A stretch of DNA of 64,000 nt from Eledone cirrhosa (GCA_964016885.1 OZ024744.1:97650001-97714000); one strand, 5' to 3'; shown: positions 14,546-28,822, numbered from the stretch's first letter. Translations and numbers: made by a program. The notes: a model not told the origin generated them from the sequence alone.

Positions 14546-15052
14546 TGAGGTATGTATGTGTGCACGTATGTGTGTATGTATGTGTATGTGTGTATGTATG
14601 TATGTGTGTGTGTATGTATGTGTGTATGTATGTGTGTATGTATGTGTGTATGTATGTATATATGCATGTATGTATAATGGAGTCGTAGGGGCGAGATACT
14701 GTGTGTGTGAGACTCAGCTGGTCCTTTTAATTACAAGTACAATTAATTTTTGCCAACTGGGTGAACTGAAATAACGTGAAATAAAGTGTCTTGCTCAAGG
14801 ACACAACGAGAGCCGCCAGGAATCGAATTTAGGATCGTAAATCAAACACCATTAATATTATCCCGCCGAGGTTAACTTTGCTTTTCATCCTTACGGGATC
14901 GATAAAATAAAGTACCAGTAATGTACTGGGTAATTGCTGGCCTTGTGCCTAAAAGAGAAACAATTAATATTAGGCCACGCCCTTTGTAGTTAGGGTGTTC
15001 ACATAAACATACCACATACGCAAAAGATAAAATACTAGGAATTAGATAGAAC

Positions 15053-16072
15053 CAGAGGCGTAACTAGAGTATGGTAAGCATGGCACATACCATGGCTGCC
15101 ACTTGAACTAGGAGCTCTTTCTTTTAAAGTCAGATAAGTTATCGTTGGAGAGTGAAAAAAAAGCAACTTCTTCAGATATATGATCTGTCTCTGATTATCA
15201 TATGTGAGAAACACTATGGTGGCTGGATCATTAAACCATTTATATAAACTACTAGCAGTGGTACCCGGCGTTGCACGGGATAAGGTATTTGGGAACGCGG
15301 GCCGCCAACAGACCTAATCGTGGAAAAACTGCATGCCTGGACAATATGTAAAGAAAATAAACCGAATACTCTGATGGCTGGATAATCTTTAAGATTTTCC
15401 TCGATGAAGCAGGGAAAATGCAGGTTTTCACCTAATGCGGGCCGTAGGGGATCAAGAAAATGAATTTTTTTTGTGCATAATATGCCTTGAAATTTCGGGA
15501 AAATCGACTAGACGTAACGCCTCAAAAAGCCCTAAAAAGCTGAAAAAATGAAGTTTTTCACCTAATGCGGATTTTCTTTGCTCACGGTATGAAAAAGAGA
15601 CTGACTAACACATAGTTACAATTTCAAGGAAATTAGTCTGGCGTAACGCCTAAAAAAAAACTAAAAAGTTGAAAAAACGCAGTTGAATTTTTTTAATGTG
15701 CATAACACTCCCTGAAACATAAGTAATACACATGTAAAGTTTGAAAAAAAATCGGTTGGGTATTTCTTGAGTTTTAGGGATTGAAACTCACACACACACA
15801 CACACACATCCTCAGTTTTATATATATAGATTAGGCCCATAGGCAAAAAATACAGTGCTGGAACCACATCAAAAATAAATTTGCATTAGTAAAAGCAAGG
15901 AAAATGCAGTTATAATTTTCATGTAGATTTTTTCAATTAAAAAAAATGAATGAACATGATGGGTATTTTTGAACAGATTTTATGGTTATGGGAAAGATGG
16001 ATGTCAGATTTTCGGGCAGGGGTGTAATTTCACTGTTTACCATAGGTGCTATTTTCCCTAGTTATGGCTCTA
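15053..16072. mobile_element. Possible MITE (PIF/Harbinger-like) hosting the Helitron
   Basis: Left end cagaggcgtaactag and right end ctagttatggctcta form an imperfect TIR (12/15). Confidence 0.4.
15252..15830 (-). mobile_element. Non-autonomous Helitron
   Basis: Minus strand begins A|TCTATATATATAAAA and ends with a GC hairpin CCCGTGCAACGCCGGG, about 8 nt, then CTAG|T. No TSD; inserted between A and T; internal (GT)n. Confidence 0.85.
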
Positions 16073-17693
16073 GATACAACACTTCTACAATTTGGAACGA
16101 GATACATAGAAGATATTCTATTCAAAGTATATCAAACGCTGAATCATACTTAGAACACACTTACAAATGCGACATTTGGCCAACGGATAAAGGAAAGAAA
16201 AAAACATTAGCATACAAATGATACATTGGATCTATCATGGTCTATCTATGCTAGTTCTTCCCCCCTCTGGCTTATATTCCCTCGAGAAATCCATTACAAA
16301 GTAACAAAGAACAGAAAATGGCGTGCTTCTCATCATCACAGGCTTGCTGCACACTGACCGCACCCACAGACCACCTGCATTACTGAGACAAAAATACAAA
16401 TAACGAAAGACCACCTAGAGATGCAAGTAACACAGTTTGTTATTGCAGCAAGCTCTGCTCACCTCACACTCCCTGCCACTACACACACAACCACCTCTAA
16501 ACAAACACTACTTTAACAGCTTACTGTCTTTCCTACCCAACTCAGCGAAAGATAAAACAACATAAAGAACACAGAAGAAATAACATGCAGCATCAAAAAC
16601 TTTACTAATTCTTAACAGTGTGTTGGTGAGAAACAGCAGCTAATCGTGTTCAGACCAGCTCTTTCCTTCTTTGCTCGCCTCCATTGTGGTTCCCTCCAGT
16701 ATCTAGAATCACAGAGAAACCAACCGACAGTTCTGGGTGTCGAAGAGAGTATGATATACTTTGAAAACAACACTGTATCACATCTGACTTACTACAGCGT
16801 GAAACAGTGCCATACACACTGAAAGCAACGCTGCACCACATCCAATTTGATATTGCGCATGTCAACATCTGCAGAAACCGACAGTTCAGTGGTGGGAGTA
16901 TGATACACTCTGAAAGCAACGAACCCTGCAGTACATTTGTATGTACATATGTATAGACCCGGGGATCTGTAGCTCATAGGAACGCCATATTGACGTACGG
17001 CGTTTGTAAGGCATTTTTTTTTCTTTTTAAAACCTGGCGGAACCTAACCCCTCTCCAGGCCTGAATACAGCAGATTTCTTCCCAAAGAAGGATAGAGACA
17101 TTGAGAGAATGGAAGTGAGAAAGAGATATAGAAGAAGAATCGACGACAGTACTAGACTGGTCCTTGTTTGTTTATTTTTTTTATCAACCTCGAATGGATG
17201 AAAAGCAGAGTTGACCTCGACGGAATTTGAACTCAGAAAGCAGAGAGTTGGAACAAATACTGCAAAGCATTCTGTTCCAATGTTCTCTCAACTCTGATAA
17301 TTCGTCACATGTACCACATTTACAGTACCCTGGATATAACACTGCACCATACCCGATTGTCAGAATATAGAGAGACTGACAGTTCAGCGAGGAGAGTTTT
17401 AGGGGCGTACAATCAAAGAGGTGATCCCCTCACATCACTAAATGTCTGCACGCCACTAGATCTGTGGAATAGTCACACTATAACACAACATGGACTGTAC
17501 CTGTAATTCGAATGAACCCCCCAATAATTATATTTTTCTCCCCAAACTACCAAAACACATCTATTTGTATATGTACTACAATTTATGTACATGTTATATT
17601 TATCGCATATCGAATTATTTTTTTTTTTTATATCTTGGTTGATATTGATAATAACAGCTAAACTAATCACTACAAATAAATTGACCAAATTTG

Positions 17694-17772
<79 letters not shown>

Positions 17773-17849
17773 AATTCAGGAATACTTCCACCGCCCTTGA
17801 AATTAGAAGAGTAAAAAGGAAAAGGAAGGGAAAAGCAAGGGCTCTAGGG

Positions 17850-18115
17850 CCCCAGAAGAATTGAAGGGAATGGAAGGGTGTTGCGGCTCTGGGCCTAGGG
17901 CGCGGCGGTTTGGGGGCTGCAAAAGCAAAAGCATTTCCGCAGACAATGGCCGGCGACACGCGCGCTGCAACAGCCACGTCACATCGCGGGGCTCTTTCCT
18001 CAGACGGGCTGCTGACGTTCCGATCTTGCGGAGGAGCTCGGCAGTACGGGATCCGAGAACACCTGTGGTCGCGACGGCGAGCGGTGCGGAGAGGAAGCAG
18101 CCGGACAATCCCTGG
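17850..18115 (-). mobile_element. CRE-clade-like non-LTR retrotransposon C-terminal (RLE) fragment
   Basis: GC-rich island reading KYQGLSGCFLSAPLAVATTGVLGSRTAELLRKIG...KEPRDVTWLLQR then (frameshift) VSPAIVCGNA, which fits the KY..L...F.P.A.ET.G..G...EPRE..WL.QR.S.A..RGNA pattern. Confidence 0.7.
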
Positions 18116-18159
18116 TATTTAACTCGGGATTTATTTTTTGTTTTTGTTTTTTTTTGTTT

Positions 18160-18645
18160 TGTTCTGGAGCTCAAATCTGACCAAGGTTTAAACGTTCAAG
18201 AGTATGTCGTTGTTCAGTTGATTGAACAACTGGAACTTACTCATTGTTGAAATCTATGTTGATCCATTCCATTGTTTCTGGGGCTCAAATCTGACCAAGG
18301 TTTAAACGTTCAAGAGTATGTCGTTGTTCTGTTGATTGAACAACTGGAACTTACTCATTGTTGAAATCTATGTTGATCCATTCCATTGTTTCTGGAGCTC
18401 AAATCTGACCAAGGTTTAAACGTTCAAGAGTATGTCGTTGTTCAGTTGCTTGAACAACTGGAACTTACTCATTGTTGAAATCTATGTTGATCCATTCCAT
18501 TGTTTCTGGAGCTCAAATCTGACCAAGGTTTAAACGTTCAAGAGTATGTCGTTGTTCAGTTGATTGAACAACTGGAACTTACTCATTGTTGAAATCTATG
18601 TTGATCCATTCCATTGTTTCTGGAGCTCAAATCTGACCAAGGTAT
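18160..18645. repeat. 114-bp tandem array, about 4.2 copies
   Basis: tctggagctcaaatctgaccaagg recurs at 18163, 18277, 18391, 18505 and 18619. Confidence 0.95.
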
Positions 18646-18646
18646 T

Positions 18647-18874
18647 TAAACCCTTTAGCATTTAAACCGGCCATATCAGGCCAGAATTTTCTCACCTCTT
18701 TCTGTTCAAACTGGCTGTAACCAGCCACTCATACTGATGTTAAGGTATTGTTATCAAAATAAATAATTTCAAAATCTCATAGAATCGATATTATGTGAGA
18801 TATTACACGAGATAAAACCTTTACTGGGAAAATACAACAGCATATATAGAGCAATGTAAATGGTAAAGGGTTTT
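18647..18874. mobile_element. piggyBac-like (TTAA, CCC...GGG) MITE; related copies at about 4786-4978 and 40715-40930
   Basis: Ends aaccctttagcattta / taaatggtaaagggtt. Same internal sequence (ccggccatatc.ggccagaa...ctcatactgatgttaa) at the other two loci. Confidence 0.65.
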
Positions 18875-19104
18875 ACCAACAAGAGCATGTCGTTCAGTTG
18901 ATTGAACAACTGGGAATTACTCATCGTTGAAGTCGATGTTGATCCATTCCATTCCATTTCATTCCATTCCATTTTAGTGGAATAAGAAGAGAAGAAAAAA
19001 AAAACAACTAAAAGACATAAGCAGTGACCTATTTAGGTTTTAGGCAGAACCTATGTATGGGGGGGGGGGGGGAGAAGAGCAAAGAATGAAAAAAAGGACA
19101 GAGA

Positions 19105-19845
19105 GACATATATACACACACACAGACATACACACACACACACACAGATATACACACACACACAGATATACACACACATACAGACATACAGACATAAAGA
19201 CATACAGACACACAGAGATACAGACATACATACAGACATACAGAGATACAGACACAGACATACAGACACACATAGATACAGACACACAGACATACAGAGA
19301 TACAGACACACAGAGATACAGACACACAGGCACACAGAGATACAGACACACAGACATACAGAGATACATACACACACACAGACATACACACACACACACA
19401 CACACAGATATACACACACACACACAGATATACACACACACACAGATATACACACACACACACACAGATATACACACACATACAGACATACAGACATAAA
19501 GACATACAGACACATAGACATACACAGGACAGACAACAGACTGAAAGAGAGAGAGGGTGTGGGGGAGGGGGAGTAGATGATGTAGTTATATAGAACTAGT
19601 AGCGCAATTGCAGACAGACAGATGGGTAGGTGGGAGTGGTAGGGGCAGGGGGGTAGATAGGGTGGTGAGGGGGTAGGTAGGGTTGCTAAGAAACACGCGA
19701 AAAAAAAGATAGAAACGGGTAGGAGGGAGGCTGTGGCGTGGTGGGGAGGGTGAATAAGAAATGTACGTAAGAAAGAAAGAGAGAAAGAGAGAGAGAAAGA
19801 GAAAGAAAGAAAGAAAGAAAGAAAGAAGAAGAGAGAGAGAGAGAG

Positions 19846-19903
<58 letters not shown>

Positions 19904-20199
19904 TAAGAGAAAGAAAGAGAAAGAAAGAGTGAAAGTGAGAAAGAAAGCGTGAAAGAAAGAAAGAGAGAGAGAAAGAGGTAGAAAGAAAGAGAGAGAGAAA
20001 GAGAGAAAGAAAGAGAAAGAAAGAAAGAGAGGAAGAAAGAAAGAGAGAGAAAGAAAGAGTGAAAGAGAGAAAGAAAGAGATACACTGTTCTTTATTTCCT
20101 AAACAATTTTGATGAGTTGCGTTGATTTACGATATATTTATATGTAGTAGGCGGGGGAGAGGAGGGTGGGAAGAGAGAGAGTGTGTTGGTGTGTGTGTG

Positions 20200-20234
<35 letters not shown>

Positions 20235-20413
20235 ATGTATATGTTTGAGTGTGTATGTGTGTGTGTGTATATATATATGTGTCTGTGTGTGTGTATGTGT
20301 GAGTGTGTGTGTGTGTGTATATGTGTGAGTGTGTATGTGTGTGTGTGTATATATATATATATGTGTGTACGTGTATATATATGTGTGTGTACATATATAT
20401 GTGTGTGTGTGTG

Positions 20414-20472
<59 letters not shown>

Positions 20473-20675
20473 AGCGTATGTGTGTTGGTGTGTTTGTGGA
20501 GCGTATGTGCGTTGGTGTGTTCATGTATGTTGAGATGTATGTGTATTGCACTGTGTTGATGTGTGCTGGTATGTTGGTGTGTGTTGATATGCATGTGTGT
20601 TGGTGTGTGTATCTGTGTGTCTGTGAGTGTCTCTCTCTCTCTCTCTTCCTCTGTTGATGTGTGTTGGTGTGTATC

Positions 20676-20706
<31 letters not shown>

Positions 20707-21066
20707 TTCTCTCCTTTTCTCTCTCTGTATTGATACATGTATGTGTATGTGTGTGTATATGTGTGTATGTATGTGTGTGTTATGTATGTGTCTGTTCTGT
20801 ATGTGTGTGTGTGTGTATGTATGTCTGTATGTATGTGTGTGTGTGTGTGTATGTGTGTGTATGTATGTGTGTGTGTGTGTATGTATGTATGTGTGTGTAT
20901 GTATGTATGTATGTATATATGTGTATGTGTATGTATGTATGTATGTATGTATGTATGTATGTATGTATATATGTATATCTGTGTATATATGTATGTATAT
21001 CTGTGTATGTGTGTATGTATGTATGTGTATGTATGTATGTGTGTGTATGTGTGTGTATGTGTGTGT
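19105..21066. repeat. Cluster of (CA/CAGA)n, (AAAG)n and (GT/ATGT)n microsatellites
   Basis: Direct inspection. Confidence 0.9.
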
Positions 21067-21330
21067 CAGTTTAGGAACTATAGGGATTACAGTTAATTTT
21101 GTACTGGAAACAGGAACCTTTCACCATCTCCCTTCCATGGCGGTGTGTTTTAGCTGATGATGCAGGGTTCACCTAGTCCCACCCGACGAGCCTTGTTGAT
21201 ATTTCCCTCCCTCCTAATCTCTCTCTCTCCCCCATCCCACCACCATCTTTAAAGTCTGCTCTTTGGTTGCCATCATTTTGTATTTAATTATTGTAGTTAT
21301 TGATGTTGTTGTTTCACTTTAGAACAGTTT

Positions 21331-21368
<38 letters not shown>

Positions 21369-21716
21369 ATTTGTTTTGTTTTTTATTTGTTTTGTTTTTT
21401 GTTTTTTGAGATTACTGGAGAGTTTTGGGGGGGATTTTTTTATTTTTGTTTTTTTTTTCTGGGGGGGGGGGGGGGAGTTGTGAAAAAAATAATTTGTGAA
21501 AGGGCCTCTGTTGCTACAGATAAAACAAAATATCTAAGCTCTAAGTTTAGTTTCAGCTTCTTCTATACCCACCCACTTATTCCTGGGGGGAGGGGGGATG
21601 TGTGTGTGTGTGTGTGTGGGGGGGGGGGGTCCTCAGACACTTCTTCCTTTCAGAGGGTCCTATCCTAGAAGCAACTATCTCCAAATGATCCAGCCAGCTG
21701 GATCTCCAAGCGAAAG

Positions 21717-22027
21717 ACCAACCAACCAACCAACCAACCAACCAACCAACCAACCAACCAGCCAACCAACCAACCAACCAGCCAACCAGCCAACCAACCA
21801 ACCAACCAGCCAACCAGCCAACCAACCAACCAACCAACCAACCAACCAACCAACCAACCAACCAACCAACCAACCAACCAACCAACCAACCAACCAACCA
21901 GCCAACCAACCAACCAACCAACCAACCAGCCAACCAACCAACCAACCAACCAACCAACCAACCAACCAACCAACCAACCAACCAACCAACCAACCAACCA
22001 ACCAACCAACCAGCCAACCAACCAACC
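21717..22027. repeat. (ACCA)n microsatellite
   Basis: Direct inspection. Confidence 0.97.
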
Positions 22028-22189
22028 GAGGTTACGGATGTTATCCTTCCTTCGATCCTTGGACCAGCCGGAAATAATACTCAAGACAGTTTCATTTATT
22101 TAATTATTTATTTTCTTCGGGTGGGAGGGGGGGGGGGGCAATCATCTCCAACTATAGAGTCACTAAAGTCTAGTCTTCTCATTTGGCCA

Positions 22190-22530
22190 GGTTTACCATA
22201 CACACATATACAGCTAGCAGCTCCCTCAAAATGTTCACGAATACGGTCACAACTAGCTTCTGCTGCACGCCGGACTGTGGAGAGGCCAAACTCTTCGAAT
22301 ACCGGTCGCTCTCCGACAGGTTCGCGGTTGTAATCCTTGCCACAAGTGGAGACTTCTGATGTCCTCGCCCCCCCCCCCCCCCCAGGGCTACCTCCCTACT
22401 ACTCGCCACCATAGGCGCTGAGCGCTGAGCTAGCCAACCGCAGGTGTGAGCCTCGCGAACTGGAATGGCTTTTCCAGCGCGTCTCCCTTTGCCGTCATCC
22501 GGGGGAATGCCTTCTTTATTCTTTCCGCCC
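22190..22530 (+). mobile_element. CRE-clade-like RLE 3' fragment
   Basis: [23 protein letters not shown]...LLATIG...RRCEPRELEWLFQRVSL / AVIRGNAF, with frameshifts. Confidence 0.7.
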
Positions 22531-23002
22531 GGGGGGGCTGTGTGTGTGTGTGGGGAGGGGGGGGGGGGGGACCAATATGATTGACTGACTTGTCATTTTA
22601 TCATGTACATCCGAGACAATTAATTGAAGTTGAAGACAACGCATATCGGGGAAAAGTTAACTAGTCGGACCAGGTAATACGTTGTGTCCTTAAGCAAGAC
22701 ACTTTATTTCACGTTGCCCCTTCTACCTGGAGTTGCGACCGATAGATAGTATTAGCAATTGGAAAGACCGACGGAAACATTGTTTCCTCGGTCTGATTTG
22801 ACGAAAGTCGATCGATATATATATACTAGTTAAAGAGAAACACGCGGTATCATTTACTCATAAATGAGGCCAGAATGTTGAAGGGGACAGATTTTAAAAA
22901 GTAAGGAACACCATATAAGGAATAGACTAGCAGCTAGAGATACTATACCTTTGGCAGTTATATATTGGCGGGGGGGGGGGGGGTTCTAGAGAGTTGTTAT
23001 TG

Positions 23003-23235
23003 CTACTACTACTACTACTACTACTACTACTATTACTACTACTACTACTACTGCTACTACCACTACTACTACTACTACCACCACCACCACTAATACTACT
23101 ACTACCACCACCACCACCACTAATACTACTGCTACTACAACCACCACCACTTCTACTACTACTACTACTATTACTACAGCTACTGTTACTACCACCACCA
23201 CCACTACTACCACCACCACCACCACCACCACCACC

Positions 23236-23288
<53 letters not shown>

Positions 23289-23574
23289 AACTACTGCTAC
23301 TACCACCACTACCACTACTACTACTACTAGTACTACTACTTCAACTACTGCTACTACTACCACCACAACTTCTACTACTACGACGACGACGACGGCGGCG
23401 GCGACGACTACCCTAGGTTGAATCGAGTATGACTTGGTAGTATGCACCATACTTTCACTAAAGGTTGTAGGTGTCTATGTAGTCGCAAATAGACACAGAC
23501 ACCCTCCCAGCCTCTCACTTCCTAGAATGGGAGAGAGAGAGAGATAAAGGGAGAGAGTGAGAAAGAACGAGAGA

Positions 23575-23605
<31 letters not shown>

Positions 23606-23964
23606 CATGTATGAGAGAGAGAGTGTGGGTGAGAAAGGGAGAGAGTGAGAGAGAGCGAGCGTGTGTGTGAGAGAGATAGAGGGAGAGAGAGAGAGAGAGA
23701 AATGGAGAGAGTGAGAAAGATATAGAGGGAGAGAGAGTGTGTGGGAAAGAGAGAGCGTGTGTGAGAGAGAGAGAGAGAGAGAGGGGGAGAGCGTGTGTGA
23801 GAGAGAGGGGAGAGAGAGAGTGAGTGTGTGTGTGGGGGGGGGGGAGAAAGTGTGCGTGGGAGAGAGAGAGCGTGTGTGAGAGAGAGATAGAGAGAGAAGG
23901 GGGAGAGAGAAAGTGTGTGTGGGAGAGAGAGAGTGTGTGTGGGAGAGAGAGAGTGTGTGTGTGT

Positions 23965-24012
<48 letters not shown>
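23003..24012. repeat. (CTA/CCA)n tract followed by a (GA/GT)n tract
   Basis: Direct inspection. Confidence 0.9.
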
Positions 24013-24015
<3 letters not shown>

Positions 24016-25883
24016 GCACTAGCACTGGACTGATACTTTATTTATCAACCTTGAACAGATAAAAGACAAAAGTGGTCCTCGGTAGGGTTTGAACTAAGAT
24101 AGCAGAGACAATGCTCTAACGACTTTCCTAAATCAACCGCCTTAAGAAAACTTCTACTAGAACACGTGATTATACGAATAGGTTGGAGGTTTTTTTCTTT
24201 CCTCATGTCCCTTCCTTCCATGTGGGAAATCCCTCACAATAACCAAAACTGATTATTTTAATGTGCAGTTACCACTTGTATAGTTCTAAATATAATTGTG
24301 TGTAGTAAGTTTACATGTTTGTGTCAAATACTTGTTTCTACTTTAGGCACAAGGCCAGCAATTACCCAGTGCATTACTGGTACTTTATTTTATCGACCCC
24401 CGTAAGGATGAAAGGCAAAGTCAACCTCGGCGGGATTTGAACTCAGTATATATAATATATAATGTATACATAGTATGTATATAGTGTGTTTGTGTCAAAT
24501 ACTACATGTCAGTCATACATGGGAAATGAGTGTTAAATTACTTATAACAAGCACTTTTTTTTTTCTTTTTTTTTTTCCAAGAATAATTCCCAGAAAATCC
24601 CCCTGCGTCTTATAAGGTCAAGGATTCGTTTTGGGTTACTGAGTAGTGAGTGGTGTTCTAGTGCTTCAGTGGCCCTTAAATTAAATCGTAAATGTTAACA
24701 AGATGGCAACTCTTTTCTAAAAAAAAAATATATATATATATATATAATTTTTAATAAATTTTATGATGAATAAAATAAATTTATTTTCACTTTCTTTTGT
24801 TTTTAAAAATGTACTAAATATTACATCAAAAATATAATGTAGAAAATAAAGTAAATTTATTTTCACACTTCCTTATTTTGTAAAAATGTACTAAAATATT
24901 ACAACTAGAATTACAATGTAGAATGATAATAAAAAAAAAATACGATGTACAAACTTTATACCCTTCATCTGACATTCATAGTTTAAACCCCCCTTTTTTT
25001 TAATGCCTACCCAAATCGAGTAGACATATGACGAATGACGTTCCAACTATGACTACCTGGATTTTTCTATACCCAAGATTACATATACCATCTAATGTGT
25101 CCTTTTATAAGACGAAAGGATACAACCTGAGGGAGATTTAGCTTCTATTTCTAGCATGTCAGTCGTTGACATAGAGACTCCCTCACATTGGTGACAGAAT
25201 CATTAGACGGGCGTACAAAAATGTTTTATCATCATTTCGTTACACCCCTTTACATTTTTATGTTTAAAACCCTCTGGGGTCGACTTTGCATTTCAAATTC
25301 CGAAGTTGATGCGAATAAAATATAACCGGCTGTATTTTCCCATAAATTATGTATCTTTGTACATATTTTAGAAACTGTTATTGCTGTTGTTGTTACTGTT
25401 GCTGTTATTGTTATTGTTGTTATAGTTGTTGTTGATGTTGTTGCCGTCACAGGCATTGCATTCTTTGCGATCAATCGTTGTTTGTGTTGTTATTAGAGGT
25501 TGACTTTGCCTTTCATCCTTACGGAGGGGGGGGGGGGGTCGATAAAATAAAGTACCAGTAATACACACTGGGTAATTTGGCCTTGTGCCAAACGTAGAAA
25601 CAATTATTATTATTGGTATATAGGCAGTATCGGTAGAGGGTCGGACATGATTTCCAGCATAGAGTTACGTCCCTTTACGATCTGAGTTCAAATCCCGCCG
25701 AGGCTAACTTTGCCTTTCATCCTTACGGGGGTCGATAAAATAAAGTACCAGTAATGTACTGGGATAATTGCTGGCCTTGTGCCTAAAGTAGAAACAATTA
25801 TTTTTATTGTTGTTGTTGGTGGTGGCGGTGCTGTTGTTGTTATTGCACAAGTTTCAACAGAGCTATGTTCGACACTACTTCAC

Positions 25884-26234
25884 GTCCGCGGGTTAGCGAT
25901 GATGTACCTATCATCTCCGCGGGTTAGCAATGACGTACCCATCATCTCCGCGGGTTAGAAATGACGTACCTATCATCTCCGCGGGTTAGCAATGGCGTAC
26001 CCATCATCTCCGCGGGTTAGCAATGACGTACCCATCATTTCCGCGGGTTAGCAATGACGTACCTATCACTTCCGCGGGTTAGCAATGACGTACCTATCAC
26101 TTCCGCGGGTTAGCAATGACGTACCTATCATCTCCGCGGGTTAGCAATGACGTACCTATCATCTCCGCGGATTAGCAATGACGTACCTATCATCTCCGCG
26201 GGTTAGCAATGACGTACCTATCATCTCCGCGGGT
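25884..26234. repeat. 31-bp GC-rich minisatellite, about 11 copies
   Basis: Unit ctccgcgggttagcaatgacgtacctatcat. Confidence 0.95.
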
Positions 26235-27221
26235 CTCCCAAGACTAATGTGGCATATGTGGCTTACATTAAGTTTCAACATCTGTAAACCACTAACAAAA
26301 AAAAAAAAAAAAAAAAAAAGCAACAAATAACAAAACACGTTCGGTGAAGGTGGAGGGAGGTGAGATGCAGAGGTTTGACTTTCTGGGGGTGAGGATGGAG
26401 GGGGGGGGGGCTGCATATGGTTAGTGTGAGGTTATGGACCCAACACAAAAAAAAATAAAAATAAAAAAAATGTTTTGGGAGTAGATTTTTTTTTCATAGG
26501 GCTGACTTTCTGAGGTTAGCGGAGTGGAAAGAGAGGGAGTGCATTGGGTTTGTACGAGGTTATGGGCTGTGAAACACAGCAAGACATTGATGAGAGGAGG
26601 GGGAAACGAGTTTGTCAGGTGGGGTTAAGAGGAGAGATGGTATTTAACTAGCTAGTTCAGAGAAACAAGAATACATTGTTCTAACATTCTAAAAGACAAG
26701 AGAAAAACACAGCATAGCTTTGTGTTAAAAGTTGCAGCAAGTTGGCGAGGGTGAGTCTTCGGCAATAAACCGGATGACCCCACTAGTGACAGCCATAATA
26801 ACTCATTTGTACCCTCAGCTGGGCTTTTTAGTTTTAGGATGGTTAGAATTTTTTTAATGTAATACCTGTATGTATAACTTTTCAATTCCAATTACTAGCG
26901 CCAAGTTAACTTTGATATATAAAATTTGGGAGTTTGCTGTGTATGGTAATTTTTTTCTGTACGTAGAGTCCCCCAAACCTGACATCCCACCCTAAGGTCG
27001 AAACTGGCTCTGAATATGTGCAGTGATTGTATATTTATGTTACTGAAACGGGTAGATTTGTTATATCTTTATTGTAAAAGGTTTTTTTCAATTTTCCTCT
27101 TCATGGTTGCAATAGAGATTTAACATGTGGTGTCTAGGTTTCATGTGATGACATTAATCTGAGAAAGATAAAGGAGAGGTATCATTTGAATAGCGGTAAT
27201 CGCTGTTAAAGGTGACATTAA

Positions 27222-27348
27222 GGGCTACCTCCCTACTACTCGCCACCATAGAGCTGGCCAGCCGCAGGTGTGAGCCTCGCGAGTTGGAATGGCTTTTCCA
27301 GCGCGTCTCCCTTGCAGTCCTCCGGGGAAACGCCTTCTCCATTCTGTC
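27222..27348 (+). mobile_element. CRE-clade-like RLE 3' fragment, closely similar to 22385-22525
   Basis: ATSLLLATIELASRRCEPRELEWLFQRVSLAVLRGNAFSILS; nucleotide match to the 22.4-kb copy. Confidence 0.7.
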
Positions 27349-27674
27349 ATTTTATCAGTCAACTGTTACTGTCGTTAGATGAGGGCAATAGCTTTGAGTG
27401 TATTTAATTTTTGAAGTACACCACTCACTAAATACAATACGTTTATGTATAAAGTAAAATAGCTGTCAGCAGGTCTTTAAAGTACAGAAGGAAGAGGGTA
27501 ATTGACATAACCAAACCACAATTGATAGAAGATGGATAAAACAATCAGAAAGATCGCCACCAGCGTACACTGCAACTGTACGATCTGACAAAAAGACTTC
27601 TAGCCGTATATCCCTATACATATATCACTACGACGCCCCTTTGTCCCCACCAGGAGCTATAGGTCAATACTATG

Positions 27675-27793
<119 letters not shown>

Positions 27794-27986
27794 TTTTAAA
27801 ATTAAAATAACAGATTAAAGTTTAAGCAAAGAATCGCTGCTTTCAACCGATTCTTTGCTTAAACTTTAATCTGTTATTTTAATAAATATTTGCTCTAGGG
27901 TTCTTATATATTTGATATATATTTATCATTATCGAGCCCTCTTTGGATTTTAGTCTTCACATTTATTATTATTACTATATATATAA

Positions 27987-28182
27987 GGGCGGTGGATTGG
28001 CAGTATCGGTAGAGGGTCGGACGCCATGCTTTCCAGCATAGTTACGTCCCTTTACGATCTGAGTTCAAATCCCGCCGAGGTTGATTTTGCCTTTCATCCT
28101 TACGGGGGTCGATAAAATAAAGTACCAGTAATGCACTGGGTAATTGCTGGCCTTGTGCCTAAAGTAGAAACAATTATTATTA
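27987..28182 (+). mobile_element. tRNA-derived SINE, full-length representative of the dominant family (more than 30 full or partial copies in the window)
   Basis: A-box-like tggcagtatcggta, B-box gagttcaaatccc, central gcctttcatccttacggggtcgataaaataaagtacc (resembles the MetaSINE core), (ATT)n tail. Other copies at about 1130, 6560, 6725, 10055, 10270, 14860, 24335, 25497, 25620, 29372, 34944, 35533, 41143, 41250, 42855, 43050, 43931, 47487, 49685, 49838, 50655, 52347, 52471, 53750, 53898, 55507, 60036, 60172, 60585, 60840 and 62020-62340. Confidence 0.9.
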
Positions 28183-28611
28183 CTATATATATATATATAC
28201 ACACACACATCTGAATAGTTATGGTATGTTTCATAATGAAACGTTTCAGCGGCTATATTGTGAAATTCAAAGCATAATGAATCAATCTGAGAAAATAACA
28301 GTTGCCATGTAAACTTCAAGTAAACGTATAACGCCTCTGGACTAATGTGGACACTAGTAAAGTTGTGGAAGATATAAAGAAAATGTTGAGTGTTTGGGGG
28401 CGAATGACTTGTCACGGCGTCACGCTCCATCCCCCTCTCAAGTCATTATCAAACAAAAACTGTGAAATTTATTTACTCAGTTGAAGGAAGTAATTTTAAC
28501 ATTTGTTGCTTCCTGTAAATGGTTTATAAAGTTTAGGGAACTATCTAATCTACATAGAATTCGGATAGCAGGGGAAATTGTATCCTCGCTGCATCGGAAT
28601 TTACTGGACAT

Positions 28612-28822
28612 CTAAAGTACATTAGTTATTTCCTACACTATGAAGTACATCATAGAAACAGGTGTTCCCTGTAAACCTAAAGCACGTCATAATTAGATGT
28701 ACTTCCCTGCTGAACTGAAGTGCATCATAGAAAGAGGTGTACTTTCCTGTACACCTAAAGTACATCATAAAAAAAGGTATTCCATGCATCACAGAAAGAA
28801 GTATTTCCTGCACAACTGAAGT
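28612..28822. repeat. Degenerate tandem repeat of about 40 bp, about 5 copies
   Basis: Recurrent ttcctg.a.a.ct(g/a)aagt(a/g)catcatagaaa.aggtgt motif. Confidence 0.6.

Noticed and set aside
27987-28080. tRNA genes suggested by A/B boxes
   Set aside because: These are SINE heads followed by a core and an (ATT)n tail; no complete cloverleaf.
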